From NCBI GenBank assembly GCA_024704765.1, contig JAKMXF010000331.1, forward strand, positions 271,082 to 304,380: a DNA stretch of 33,299 nt, read 5' to 3'. Below are positions 1-12,605 of the stretch, one piece after another. The stretch comes from Oopsacas minuta (taxonomy: Eukaryota > Animalia > Porifera). The number at the start of each line of letters is the position of its first letter. The first letter of the stretch is position 1. Under the pieces are notes generated by a model that saw only the letters and a list, made by a program, of their open reading frames with translations, had not been told where the DNA came from and ran no database searches. Made by a program: the position numbers and the translations under genes.

Positions 1-369
1 TACTTCCAGATGGATATGTATTTCCCCTTAGTTTGTGAGTAGTTGATACATGCATGAATATGAATAATTATATGTAAGAGCTAGGATAATAACTGATATT
101 ATCTTGGCATTAATCTAAAACATCGAAAAAAAAAACGTTGATTTATTTCAGATGGCTATCATGTAAGAAGACAAAAAGACAGCCATTACCATAAAATAAC
201 AGGAAAAAATTAGGAAATACATACAAATCGTTGACTTGTAGATGGAAAAAAAAACTGGACGTGCTGGAAAGAATCTGAAAGTAGATTTGCATTCAGCGTA
301 AAAAACTAGCTTAGAAAATGTCAATCCAATACTTGATGAGAAAATGAAGTTAAATTTTGTTGACCTGTG
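1..369 (+). mobile_element. 3' end of a Chapaev3-type (CMC) DNA transposon; runs off the window start
   Basis: Identical by eye over all 369 nt to 21589-21957, including the homopolymer runs. Both end in TTTTGTTGACCTGTG (the CAC...GTG terminus) and have unrelated right flanks. Confidence 0.88.
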
Positions 370-429
370 TTTTTGAACAAGAGTACGATTTTCAAACAAT
401 CTTTCAAAAAAGTGATATATATATAAATA

Positions 430-1090
430 CTGATGTCGAAATGCAATCTAAGGTAATCACGCCAACATTCTCAGAGTACAGTTCAAGGTTTCGGAGTCGA
501 CCTAAATGGTATAATACATTTTCCCAAGCAGTCTCTAAAAACGGTATAGATGTAAAACTTGCGATTGGACTGGAATGGCAAGTAGTTGAAAATCTTCCCA
601 AAACGATTGGCATGAGGACAGCAGAAACAATGAATTATTAGCCAAGCTACGAATGCAAGTATTTCTGGTAATATGTGGAAAGTGAGTTTGTCACTTGATC
701 CAACTAGCTTTACAGGAATACATACTTCATCCTCCCGAACCCCATAATAGCATGCCATATTTGATATCCAGGACAAAAGCATATATTAAAAGTTGTAGAA
801 AATCACCTCGATGTGGTGAAGTTTTATTAGAAAGAAAATTTCACTTACTTTGAATAATCCAATACGTTGGGATTCAATATATGTAATGATAAAATCTCTT
901 CTTGATGCTGAAAAAGAAAAGGACATTTAAAATTTCTTCCAGTTCTGAAAATCAAACCGTCCAAAAAATCAGAATTGTTACATTTGCAACATTTATTGGA
1001 GATTCTAGGTCCAATGTGAATGCCAATATTATACAGATTATCTAGCATTTACCTCATTCCAACACCTTCGGCTCCTGAAAATGAAAGCCT
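430..1090 (+). pseudogene. Degenerate hAT transposase fragment
   Basis: Frameshifted translation gives LISRTKAYIKSCRKSPRCGEVL, then NNPIRWDSIYVMIKSLL (861-903; hAT TRWNS-x-Y-x-M motif), then ELLHLQHLLEILGP. Left boundary approximate; the Chapaev end lies just upstream at 369. Confidence 0.55.
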
Positions 1091-1380
1091 TTTAATATTG
1101 CTACCCGAATCTGTTCTCCTTCTAGGGCTAGTATGAGTGGTTATACAATTGAAATGTTAGCGACACTAAAACGCCGATTGATGACTAAGAAAAAGAATTA
1201 TGATCCTAGCTGATACTTATTTTGTTATATAGCCATTGGACCAGTACAAATTAATTTACGAATTCAACTTTCATATATCTATTATAAAACATATATACAT
1301 TCGTCACAATTAAATATCACCTTCCGAAACTCTTTCAAAAGTGTTCATAATCCTTTCACGTTCATTACATCATTATATTT

Positions 1381-1525
1381 GAATGAACTGATTTGAATGA
1401 TTTGATTTGAGCTGATTTGATTGATTTGTTTGAATTATGAATGCTTTCAGTATGTATATCATTTATGGGTGATTGATTTGATTGAACTGATGATACTAAA
1501 ATGAACTAATTGATTGATCTGATCA
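1381..1525. repeat. Low-complexity (TGATT/TGATTTGA)n tract
   Basis: Repeated TGATTTGA/TGATTGA/TGAACTGA units immediately left of the Tigger insertion. Confidence 0.55.
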
Positions 1526-1528
1526 CTA

Positions 1529-3644
1529 CAGTAAACATTGGATTTAACGACACTCGTTTGGGCAGGCCAAAAAGGTCGCTATATCCGATTTGTCGCTAAA
1601 TCCAAGGAAGCTTTATATATGCATTATAACCGGATGACACCCATATTTATTCGTGTTATACGATGTAGTATACTATGTTGTTGTATTATCGTCATAATAA
1701 TGTCATGAATATGATTAGTTTGACTTGAAAAAGCTAGTTATTGAGGCCTGCTGCAATCGACTCAGCTGACTTTCAGCCAAGAAGTTCTGAAGTTCGCTGA
1801 CAGACTGAGTTTGTTTCTCTGAGCATGGGAGGGTATGCAAGAACTTCATAACGGTGTCAAGGCATGAGACAACAGTGTCGAATGACGGAACATGGATATT
1901 GAGGGGATATTCATTGTCGTCATTTTCGATATCAACATCGTCATCACTTGGAGGGCGCAGGTTATTAAGGATATCGTCAATTTCGAGACCATTTGCACCA
2001 GGTCCAATTGCAACACCATCATCCAGAGCAACAAAGTCCTCAAATGATAAGCCATCCGGAACAAGCCCTGCTTCTTCAGCACTGCTTCAAATTGATGTGT
2101 CAGGTCCTGAGGTTTCTTCAGTGGCAGGTAAATCCTTGAATCCAACATGCTGATAGCAATGCTTGATGGCTGTGGGGGTGACATTATCCCAGGACATTTT
2201 TAGCCAGTCCAAGGCCTGGAGCAAGTCAAGCTTGAACCCCGTTTCAGAATCAACTGCCAATAAACGCTTCCTAGCCAGAAACCGGCGGTAGTAGTGCTTG
2301 AGGTTCTTGCTTAGACCTGCGTCCATGGGCTGAGTCATAGACGTTGTGTTGGGTGGGAGAAAGAAAAGCTTGATATGGGACAAGTTAAGGTTCGGATGAC
2401 CTGAGAAGTTGTCAAGAATCATGGCGATTTTCCTGTCGTCAAATCTCATAGAATTGTTCAACTTCCTTAGCCATTTCTCAAAAATCTCATTTGTCATCCA
2501 TGCGGTTCGATTGGCATCATACTCCACTGGAAGATTCAGGACGCCTCGGAAACAGTGGGGGCGCTTACTCTTTCCAATAACGAGTAGCGGAAACCTCTCC
2601 CCAGCGCACTAGCTGCTATCAATACAGTGGGGCGTTCCTTGGAGCGCTTGCCTCCTTTGCACAAGTCTCCTCGGAAAGACAAAGTTCTGTCTTGTGTCAT
2701 CTTCTAGAATAGCCCAGTCTCATCAGCATTGAAAATATCCTTGTCTTCAAACTCTTCTCTGATCAGTTTCAGCTGCGTTGATATCCAGTTGTCAGCACCA
2801 GCGTGATCTGCTGATTGGCTCTCACCCGAGATTTGACGGCTGGTGATGTTATGGCGCTTCTTCCAACGATCTATCCAGTTCAGATTAAGGAACACAGGTT
2901 CGAGGTAGCCAGGCATATTTCGTACTTTCAGTTTCTCCACGATGCATATCGCCTTTTCTAGAAGAAAGGGACCGGTGACTGACTCATCTGGAGCTGTGCT
3001 CTTCAAACAACGAAACCACTCAAGCAGTGCAGTGTCGATCTCTGGGTATTGAGACTGCTTTGTGCTCTTCGAATTAAGATTTGATGCACTTGCGATGGAA
3101 GTTTCAATCATCGCCCGATCTTTCAAGAAGCCGGCTAGGGTCCCATGTGAAATGCCATGTTTCTGCTCCAAGAATGGTCGCTTAGCTCCTGCATCAAGCT
3201 CCTTCAAATTTTGTATTTTTCAGCAAAAGAAAAGCGCTTCCTTTTGCCAAGTCCGCTCGAATCCAAGACGATTAAATTTTAACATTACATTGTACGTACA
3301 ATAGCTTTTAATAAGCGTTTTCGTACGAAGCCAGGTGCTTGTTGATTCAATAGGAGATTTTAATTGTTTTATAATTAAATCAATTATTAAAACCTTAATA
3401 ATTCACTAGTACACTTTTCTTAAGTCCACAGTATAGACAACCCAAAAGTCGTAATATCCAATGGGATTTGCATGGAGCAGGCATAGAAAATATGTCGCTA
3501 AATTCAATGTGTCGTTATCTGACAGGTCGTTATACCCGAGGTTTGGTGTGTGCAGAATAATGCTGCGAGATTCTGGGCAAGCAAAATGAGTCGTTATAAG
3601 CGATTTGTCGTTAAAGCCGATGTCGTTAAATCCAATGTTTACTG
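1529..3644 (-). mobile_element. pogo/Tigger-family DNA transposon, full-length boundaries
   Basis: Perfect 24-bp TIRs (CAGTAAACATTGGATTTAACGACA at 1529-1552; inverse at 3621-3644), TA TSDs (1527-28, 3645-46), and subterminal GTCG(C/T)TA repeats. Confidence 0.95.
1846..3250 (-). pseudogene. Tigger/pogo (CENP-B-like HTH plus DDE_1-type) transposase pseudogene
   Basis: HTH region (YPEIDTALLEWF, WIDRWKKRHNI), FNADETGLF followed by a stop, AWMTNEIF, ILDNFSGH and FLPPNTTSMTQPMDAG. At least one internal stop and several frameshifts. Confidence 0.92.
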
Positions 3645-3981
3645 TATTTAAGAAATTATCTTACGTTGATATGAGTCAAAAGTTCATTCAAATCATTGAG
3701 CGTGACTGAGTGCTGAAATTTGATAGAGCATGTTTAGAAAGTACTTAACAAAACTCAGACAATACAATAAAATGCTATTCGATTGAAACTAACTTTATCA
3801 CTCCCTCATTTCAGAAAAATTTTCTTTTATAACTATTCAGCAATTGTTTTGGTAGATTTCGCTTAGAACTACGTACTCATTTGTTGTGCAAGTCGAAGTT
3901 TAAGCATCTCATTGGGACAATTTACAGGCTATAATAGATCCAATTGTCATCAACTATATAAATAAAATATAGTTAGGAATT

Positions 3982-6900
3982 TCAAAATATGCTATTTGAG
4001 TTTATGTTGCATATCACTTGAGTAATTAAATCGGTACACTCTACAATAATACTTTTGTTGTTTTTCCGATTATACAGAACATGACTTAACGATGCTTTAT
4101 GTATAATCCTAAAGTTTATAGACCATATTAAATTATTCTTCCCCAAATATGGAGTATTGCATTGATGGATATACGGCCCAGTATAAGAATCGAAAACATA
4201 TATACAACTTGTGTTATCATTATCGTGATTTGTTAATAGTGTAATGTGGAATTTCTTTGCAAAGGTCCTTGGTAAATCAGTTTGTGATGACATTGGAGGA
4301 ACAGAAATATATTCAACAATTCAAATGTTCGACTTTTGTTCGACAACTTGTGGCCTTTCTACCTTTAAAAACTTTTCTTCACAAAGGATCATTTATTCCA
4401 TTTGAGAGTAACATTTGACACAAGCTAAGTTAATTTATGTCCGTATTGCCATTTTAAATTTGAAACGACAATGTAATTAATACTTCAATTGTATTAATCA
4501 AAATATTATGTATATTCGAGAACATCTAAACTCTATCAGTAACACGTATTCCCATCAATACACTCAATTGGGTCCAACATTGATTAGTAAAAACGCATTA
4601 GTGACCAGCTAGAGTACACAATAACATGAATTTACCACAATCAAGTTGAACCTCAAAAAGCCCTTCACAGTTTGTTTAACTAAGCATTTGTGATTATGTC
4701 ACTTCTATTTTGGGAAAGATTGATATATTGGTGTGGTTCGCTTAGCCTGTTAGGAAGAAGGTGATTAAAAAGGGTCAGTTTTATGCATCCAAATTGGCCT
4801 GGGTGACCTGAAAATGGTTTCTTTTGGCCCTCACAGAGGATGTTTGCTAGGGCCCTAAAAATGATATAATAAGTTATACGTATACACACACCGAAGCCTT
4901 CTTCAAAACATGCAAGAAAATTCAAAATCTGATATGAAGCTAAATTCAGAATATTATAAATAGGAAAGAATTGAAATATCATCTTCAACATTTTAGTGGA
5001 GTGTATATGTGAACATACAATTCAATGTGGAATTAAGTTGTAGAATGAAATTAGAGAATATCTCATTTTCAACAAGATAGCTTAAGTCAAGTCATAATCT
5101 ACTAAAGATTCGGCCGGAATTTGAATTGGGATAAAAGGAAGTTGATATATTTTGATGTGAAATTTTTGATAGCCATTAATATGAAATTGGTAGATTTTCA
5201 CCCGAATAATTGCACTATTGATATGTAAGAATTCACAAAAGCTACATTTGTGAAAAATTCAGAATTAAGTAGCTTCATCTCTTCGCGTAATTGGCTAATA
5301 TGTATGAAAAAATGTGAATCTTTGAAACTATGCAGAACGTTAATTATAGATCTATGTTTAAAATGTTGAAATCCAAATGATAAAAAACATTTTCTAAATA
5401 AAATGCCAAAAGTTGTCATAATAAGGTTTCAACGTTTCTGAGTTATCATACAGACCATAGATTGCGAGTATTTGAAAATATCCTCTTATAACACAATAAT
5501 TGCATAAATTATGTGCAAATCAAGTTGATCATTTTATAGTATACACCCAATTTCCCATGCCCTTGTAATATATTTTGATATGATAACGCTAAAGATTAAA
5601 GCGTGATCTCAAAAATGACTATATATGGGCATATTCATGGTTAAGTAATATTGCTAAGAGACAGCATGTTATAATATATTCTAAGGATAAGAGAAGTCAG
5701 GAGTATACTATATATTAGCTATGCTGAATTGACCACAATTGTAACAATTATAGAGTTTTAAGAGGATATTAGCGAAGCACATGACATCCATGGCCTGTGC
5801 GATAACTCAGATAAATGCCAAACTTTCTCATAACAAATTTTTTATGCTGTACAACGGTTTTCGATCATGTGGACTTCAACATTTCGATTAAAATTAATCA
5901 TTAACGTTTTACATGGTTTCAAAGATGTAAATTTTTAAATACATATTTGTCAATTACGTCTCTTCCATATGTACATCTTCACAAATGTTTTTTTTCCGAA
6001 TTCTTGCATATCAATAAGACATTTATTCAGGTTATATGTACCAATTTCATATTATGGATGATTATAGAATTTCCCATCGAAATATATTCACTTTCATTTA
6101 TCCCTCTCAAGTGAAATTTTCTCACTGATCAGGGCTTATCTTTAGTAGGCTATGGTTAAGTTTAATATAATTTCACATTTTAAGGACAATGTGAAATTTT
6201 AAGCATCTAATAACAAAGTCACTCGCATTGCTACCTGAATAACTCAAAGGAAATGTAAAATATTCCTTTCTAGGCAAATGCAATCACTAAAAACAGTTAT
6301 TTACCAAATATTAAAGAATTGGAAGATATACATTTTTGCTGAATCACAAGTCCGGTTCTGCTGCAGATGTTAGTTTCAGTACCAGTTTTCATCAAGTTAA
6401 TCAACCCAAAACTAAATTCAACCCTAAATTTCGTATTATCCATATGTTAAAACCTAAGTATAGCAATTTTGGAGAGAATTAGTTAAAACTTTTTAGAGTT
6501 AAACGTGTGATGGTAAAATATACAATTGAAAAATCATTTATCAAAGAGAAAAATTTCAAAAGTATACACATGTAGTAGTATCTTGCTACACATCAATTTC
6601 AGGTAAATTGGTAGATGAAAGTGAATTCATTGGTTGACTTAACATCGAATTCTCCAAATATTGTATGGTTTTTCAGGAAAAAATGTACTATTCAATAAAT
6701 ATTATCCTATATTTCCCACTCGAAGAGTAAATATCATTAGCGTGAGGCATAGTTTCTTCTTTAGTATGCCCCATTCCAAATTCCACACTTCCAGAGTTCG
6801 TTTCTATGGAAATGAATGAGAGTGAACCAAAATTACCCCGTTTATAGAGGTTCCTCATTTACAGAGACCCACTTATAGAGGTTGCGCTGTACGTATGTAA

Positions 6901-7258
6901 CAATCAATAATTTGAGTTAAATTTCGAACTACTAAGTTACCAAGTCTCGATTTAAAGCAGAATAAGCTCAGTCTAACCAAAACTGGTAATTTTATCATGA
7001 AAATTGGGAATTACGCATACTAATAAAACAACAAAATCACAAAATATTATTAATGGATTGCGAAATGATCATTATTTCAAAAACATAGCCGATTCCGTTT
7101 CTAATGAAGCCAATAAACTTGCTGATGATTCTATAAGCCCTTATGCTTCTCGATAATTTCAAAGAATTAGCTAACTTAGTACCCTGTATGATAAACATGG
7201 ATTCAGATTTGATAATGCGAACGCTATTAAATACCTCAATCGGACTGTACGCACGCAA
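3982..7258 (-). other. Possible fragments of an intron-split host gene or pseudogene (open frames 3982-4293, 4680-4991, 5198-5419, 7037-7258)
   Basis: Four 70-100-codon open frames on the same strand in very AT-rich DNA, some with YAG/GT boundaries. No recognised motif; no consistent gene model built. Confidence 0.25.
5437..5811. mobile_element. MITE-like element with ~90-bp imperfect terminal inverted repeats
   Basis: TCTGAGTTATCATACAGACCATAGATTG...AATATCCTCTTA at 5437 aligns with the reverse complement of ~5725-5811 (TCTGAGTTATCGCACAGGCCATGGATG...AATATCCTCTTA). No clear TSD. Confidence 0.5.
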
Positions 7259-8714
7259 TTACACCTAGCAATACGTATGCAGAAATCAAATCTCTAGCAT
7301 GAATGTGAATTATACATAAGAAGTATGAATTTGTGATTAATCACCCCAAAGTGTGTAAAAATCCAATTTAAAATATTGATGCCCGAAGGCATGTCACACA
7401 TGATTTAGCCGTCTTCCTCTATGAGCTGCACTGAAAAAACTAATCTAATAACAATTTTGGCATACCCAATACACAATGATGATGAAAATGTTGTTAACCG
7501 AATATTGTAAAATGTGCAATTTTATGACGTCAATGGGTGCTAAAATCTAAGTCTTGTTGCTAGAAATGATTAAAACCAAGTGTTAAATTTTAGTGTCCCT
7601 GTATTTACGAAGTAAAGCTTCAGCCGTAATCGGTTATCAGCTACAATTTTCTAAGCAATTATCAGTTTAACGTTGCAGTTATAGTATTTGAGGTTTTAAA
7701 CCCATTTTTGCAGTAGCAGCTTCTTTTGAACCGCTAGCAAACAATCTGTGCCCTCCATTTAGGTAAACTATATAGATCAGTGATCCTCAAGCGGGTCCAC
7801 TTGTTCCCCCTTGAGAAGAACTTTGGCCAGTGGAGAAATTGGGGAGGATTATGTTTAAGGATTATCCACCAGGTCTAATGGGTCACTGACCACTCAAAAT
7901 CGATCCACTTAGTCAATGAATTTCGACCTGACGGGGTTCAGAACTTGGACAAATATTTATTTCATGATATTTACCCAATATTATGATTAAACACATCCAA
8001 ACATAGAAGTATTCATCGAATATAGATGGGCGTTTAATATTAATGAATAATAATACTTGTTCAGTAATATTATTCACTGTTCAGCTAATATATAAGTGTT
8101 GATGTCAACATCATGTTTTATCCATTATTTGGTATATATTTTGGATTGTTTTACGTAGTTCTATTCATAATGCCAAAACAAAATTTTCGATTGTTTGTTT
8201 GGTAGTTAAATGTGAATTAATCATTACTATTACAAAAAATATTGTATACTGATGATTCAAAGATAGGAATGCTATGGAAGAACTTGGGGTCGCTACAGAG
8301 GAAGGCGATGTCGGATGTTGAGAAACACAAAAGTATTTGTTTTAACTAGCAGTTTTCAATTTATTAAATTAACTAAATGCTAACTGAGCCGCGAAAGTTG
8401 GTCCAGTTGAATAATATTGTCTGTATTGCCAGCTTAAATTCTAGTCTGGTTGAAATCTGAACAACCTGATCGTGCCTTATGGCCATAAGATAGACAGAAG
8501 GAAATTATATTTATCAATAGCACTTGACAGCCCCAATTTTCCTTTTGCTGTTAACAGCTTAGCTGTTTCAGTTCCTGCAAATGCTTAATATAATAATAGT
8601 TACATATATTTTTAATTTATAATTCAGATTTAAATTCCACTACTTGGTTGAATTTATTATGAACAGCTCTAAAAGCGAGGGCAAAAATGGAATTTACAAT
8701 TAGAAGGGTTGTTA

Positions 8715-9630
8715 TATACTATTTTATCCCCCATAATCAAATATATAATTATATTTTCTATAGTATTTTGACCCCGTAAATATTATTATACGTTAGATTA
8801 TCCCCCTGATATAATAGTATATAATAGAAAACCCAGGATAACTAGTATATAATATATGAGATTCGATATATATAGCTGAGCTATAGTATGGTACAAAAAG
8901 GGGACTTTCATTAATCCGAAAAAATGACCACCCTAGAAGATCGAAAATCTAATGCACAAAAACTGTACTATATTATAGCTGAGTTATATATAAGTTATTA
9001 GATAATTTAATATCCGCCGGATAAACTAATATATAGTCATTATATTCCGCGCCAAGTTGGATTTCCTACTCGGCGCATCCAAGATTGAATATTTTTTTTA
9101 TAGATATATGTTTTCCCTTGGATTAATGTCAGACATGCCATTAGTGATTTGTTTGGATGCTTGACTTCCTCCGATGGTGAATTTGTAGCGATTTTGTCAT
9201 CAGTAGAAGGATCTTTATCTAATAGTTAATCAAATGGGTTTACTCATGTATTTATGCTTTTACTTCTCTATTTGGATTGAGGTGAAGAATTGTCCCTTCG
9301 ATTAGTGTCAGACATGCTATTAGTGGGTAATTTGATAATTTTCATTGTCGAAATATTTTGGAAATTCTTTCCATTAATAACAATGTATTAATTCCTACTA
9401 TCTCTTATCCCTACTTGGCCCTGGATATGATGCATAGAGCCTATTTACAGTTTCTATTGGGGGTATTCTATCATTCTATAGTTGATCCGGGGGTATATTC
9501 TATCCTATAATACTACAACTGTTGGGAATATTCTATTATGTATTTGTTCATTCCAGGGATATTCTAGGAATTTTTATATATCTGGGGGATATTCTATTAT
9601 ATATTTGTTTATCCCAAGGATATTCTAGTA
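8715..9630. repeat. Segment bounded by two oppositely oriented ~30-bp-period repeat arrays
   Basis: Right array: six GGG(G)ATATTCTA-like cores near 9459, 9489, 9524, 9556, 9584 and 9618. Left array: four more degenerate reverse-complement cores between 8717 and 8837 (e.g. TAGATTATCCCCC at 8794). Confidence 0.6.
9114..9325 (+). repeat. 33-bp direct repeat pair (9114-9146, 9293-9325)
   Basis: TCCCTTGGATTAATGTCAGACATGCCATTAGTG vs TCCCTTCGATTAGTGTCAGACATGCTATTAGTG, 30/33 identical. Confidence 0.8.
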
Positions 9631-10014
9631 TAAGTATTCAGTATTTGGTTGGCCCAAACCCAATATTATCAGTATTCTGTTAGGCTACTATTCACTAATT
9701 TGATATTCGGTTAAAGCTGTTTCAACCTTGTTATGAAGTCAATTGAACTCATTATAATCAAGTTTGACATATGTAAATTATCAAGCCATACATCAACTCG
9801 TCCCTAATATCAACGCAGTCTTTCTATTACTAATGAAGCAAAGATATAGGCGAGAAATTTCAAAATGTAAATTTGAGATTGCTGCTCACAGAAATGAAAC
9901 CGGATATAGAAAGGATTATGTACAAAATCCGGTCAATTAAACATTTCTGATTTATTAAATTTAGAAAATATCTGTTATATTATTTGACCAATACAATTGT
10001 AGCATATCACCACT

Positions 10015-10480
10015 CGAAATTTTCAATCTCTGAGGTACTACGTGCAACAACAGATTTTACTCCATTTATAACTAGTATGCATCAGTGCACATCTTTCCTG
10101 AAATTTTTACCGCTGAAATATTTTTCTTTTTGAGAACAGTTTACTTTTGTATTTCGGTGAAATGTGTTGGACGCTTTTTCCACTCTTACCATATACCACA
10201 TTCCTACAAACTTATATTATGTCGTAATTTTTCTAAGGCATATTGTTTTTACCATAATATGGCTCTCGAATAACCATTATATTATAGTCTTCATATTAAT
10301 TCTCATTCAAGCCAGACGAAGCAATGGTAATTTGATTATTTTTTTGAAATTTTCTAGATAGATGGTACTGCCTTAATTTTGTGGAACATAGTTTGTGCGA
10401 ACATATGATTTCAATATCGCATGTTTACAACTAAAAAGTTTGTTAGATATTTTCTAGCTACGTTTGTGCTTTCATTCTTA
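10015..10480 (-). repeat. Left arm of a diverged ~450-bp inverted repeat pair
   Basis: Collinear anchors with the right arm: 10077-10088/12529-12540, 10254-10265/12378-12389, 10314-10324/12324-12334. Ends approximate. Confidence 0.75.
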
Positions 10481-12189
10481 AACCATATTATAGTGAACTT
10501 GTAGCGTGTAAATATTGTCTTTATGTAAGTACTATCAGCTGTATTATAATATAGTTGATTTAGTCTTGAAACCACAACAGATTCCCTGTAGCCAATATAA
10601 ATCTACTGTTAAAACGCAATTAATATGTGTGTATTTATGTGTATGCATTTCTATAGATGTTTGAATCCCAGAATTGATTGAAGAAACTGGAAGACCTCCA
10701 GGGCTGATTTTAGCAAACTAAATACGGTCGTTATCCATAGTATAGTAATTGAGATGAGAACTTACCAATACTTAAATTCAGAGATGCTACATTTTGCATC
10801 GCCTCCCTCTATTCCACAGACCATGCTCATTTCCTTTAAGAATATTTTATGATGCTAATAAATCATCCTGAAATCTATTCTTCATCAATTTAGTCAGTGA
10901 ATCTCTTTAAGATCTATGTTAAAATGTTATTTGGATATGTTACCGCCAGACAATGTAGCAGAGCAGAAATCTTACTAGATTGAATCAAGTCTGGTTCGTC
11001 GCATACTACTACGATGAAACAGCTCTTAACGGAGTCCAAGGTATTAGTTCAATAAACTTGATACAATACGACTTTCAACAACCCCTTCCGTTGTCACATC
11101 CCAACCAAGCAAGCCTGGATTAATACCTCTCTACTCTTCCGCACGTCTCCAAAGTTCCGGTACGTTTGTACAATACGCTATATCTGAAATCGTATTTGTG
11201 TATAATGCTGTATCTTCATGCTAATTCAGGAGGATTTTATGTCACCGCTTTTCTTCCTAATATATTTTCAAAGTGTTGTATTGTATATTAATAAGACAAT
11301 AATATTTACATTTTAACTGTTCCTTATCTCATCTGCAATGTCCGTTTCTTCCATTATTTGTGTAGCATTATCTACAGAACTATATCTATTGATGTCCAAC
11401 AATAACAACAGTAATCGATTTATCGCTGATTGTGCGATCCATGCACCCTGTTCTGACTCTTTTGAACTTTGGGATTGATCACCTTCCTCTAACTACAATT
11501 TCCGATGTTTTGACGGTTGACCAAATGTGCCATGGTAAATTTAGCAGGGCTTACTGTAACATTGTCATGACCGCCAATGAGATTTCTTTAATTGGTGCCT
11601 AGGATACCTATTTGGCGGCTGACAAGCTCCCTCAATGTCTCCAAATAGTTTAAGAGAGCTAGAATGACTAGTGTATATTTTCAGCATTCCAGTTAAAAGT
11701 TTTTTGTCCTTCATACGATATTATACAGAGCGAGTAACTGTTCTTCCGTGTTTCTTGGGAATTTGAGACCTCCACTGTTCATGCTTCTTCTTCTTTGTAT
11801 AAATGCGACAGATATTATCAATGGCGTGAAGGTGAGTTACCATTGTTGACAAATTGCAAGCAGCACTAGATATTCAATTAAATATGGCGTTACTCATACG
11901 TGCATACCTATATTTATTACTTTTAACTACGAATACTATTATTGCAACTAAAGAACCTAGAAATATTTATACACTTTATATAACTTTGTAACTCGATCGT
12001 AACATTCCAATGCGTAAGAAATAATCTATATTTAGCATGTGTATACGTATATATTATTTAGTTTTGTTATTCGGTATTTGTTGTGGTCTCAAGCCGGAAT
12101 CAATTATATTATTTTAACGATGAAAAATCATACATAAAGTTCATATTTTATATACACTACCAGCTCATTATGATATTGTGTAAGTAACA

Positions 12190-12605
12190 AAGTATTTAGC
12201 TATAATATCTAAAGATAATTAGTTTAATATTAATATTGAAATAATATGTTGCATAAAATATTTTCGGTAAAATTTAGTCAAGTACGAGCAGTATGAAGAA
12301 CCTCAAAATTAAAAATATTACCGTTGCTTCGTCTAACATGAATGTAAATTAACATGATTATTATCATGGTTATTCTAGAGCCATATTATAGTAAAAACAA
12401 TGCGCAATAGAAAAATTATGTACATTGTATAAATTTGGAGCACCGGGGTCTATGGTAAGATCGGAAAGTGTCCGACGAATTTCTCAAAAATAAAATTCTT
12501 CTAGCGATAAACATTATAATGAAGATTCGCACTGATGCATCAAGGTAATATATGGAATGAAATCTGTCAGGCCAAGTAGTACTTCAGGAGTTGAAATTTT
12601 GAGTT
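12190..12605 (+). repeat. Right arm of the diverged inverted repeat pair
   Basis: Same anchors as the left arm; roughly 70% identity by eye, with indels. Confidence 0.75.

Noticed and set aside
148-399. 83-aa minus ORF and its twin at 21736-21990
   Set aside because: They lie in the non-coding 3' region of the Chapaev element; their identity just reflects the TE duplication.
404-1048. Apparent spliced minus-strand gene (GTAAGT donor near 848, HQEEILSLH)
   Set aside because: The plus strand carries hAT transposase motifs, so the minus frames are antisense shadows; exon phases did not join.
6830-6892. TTATAGAGG repeats ending ...GGTTGCGCTG|TA (pogo-like TIR end)
   Set aside because: No partner terminus found; too short to call.
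7777-7889. TCAGTGATCC...GGGTCACTGA, a possible tiny hAT MITE
   Set aside because: Only ~10 bp of inverted match and no 8-bp TSD.
9459-9627. CRISPR-like appearance of the regularly spaced repeats
   Set aside because: The cores are only ~12 bp and degenerate, the spacers are short AT-rich and mutually similar, there are no cas genes, and the context is eukaryotic.
10950-11600. Ciliate-type code (TAA/TAG=Gln) to read through stop-rich frames
   Set aside because: The 443-codon ORF has no in-frame TAA/TAG, and transposases end at TAA where expected. Any stop can be rationalised as C>T, so this is not evidence.
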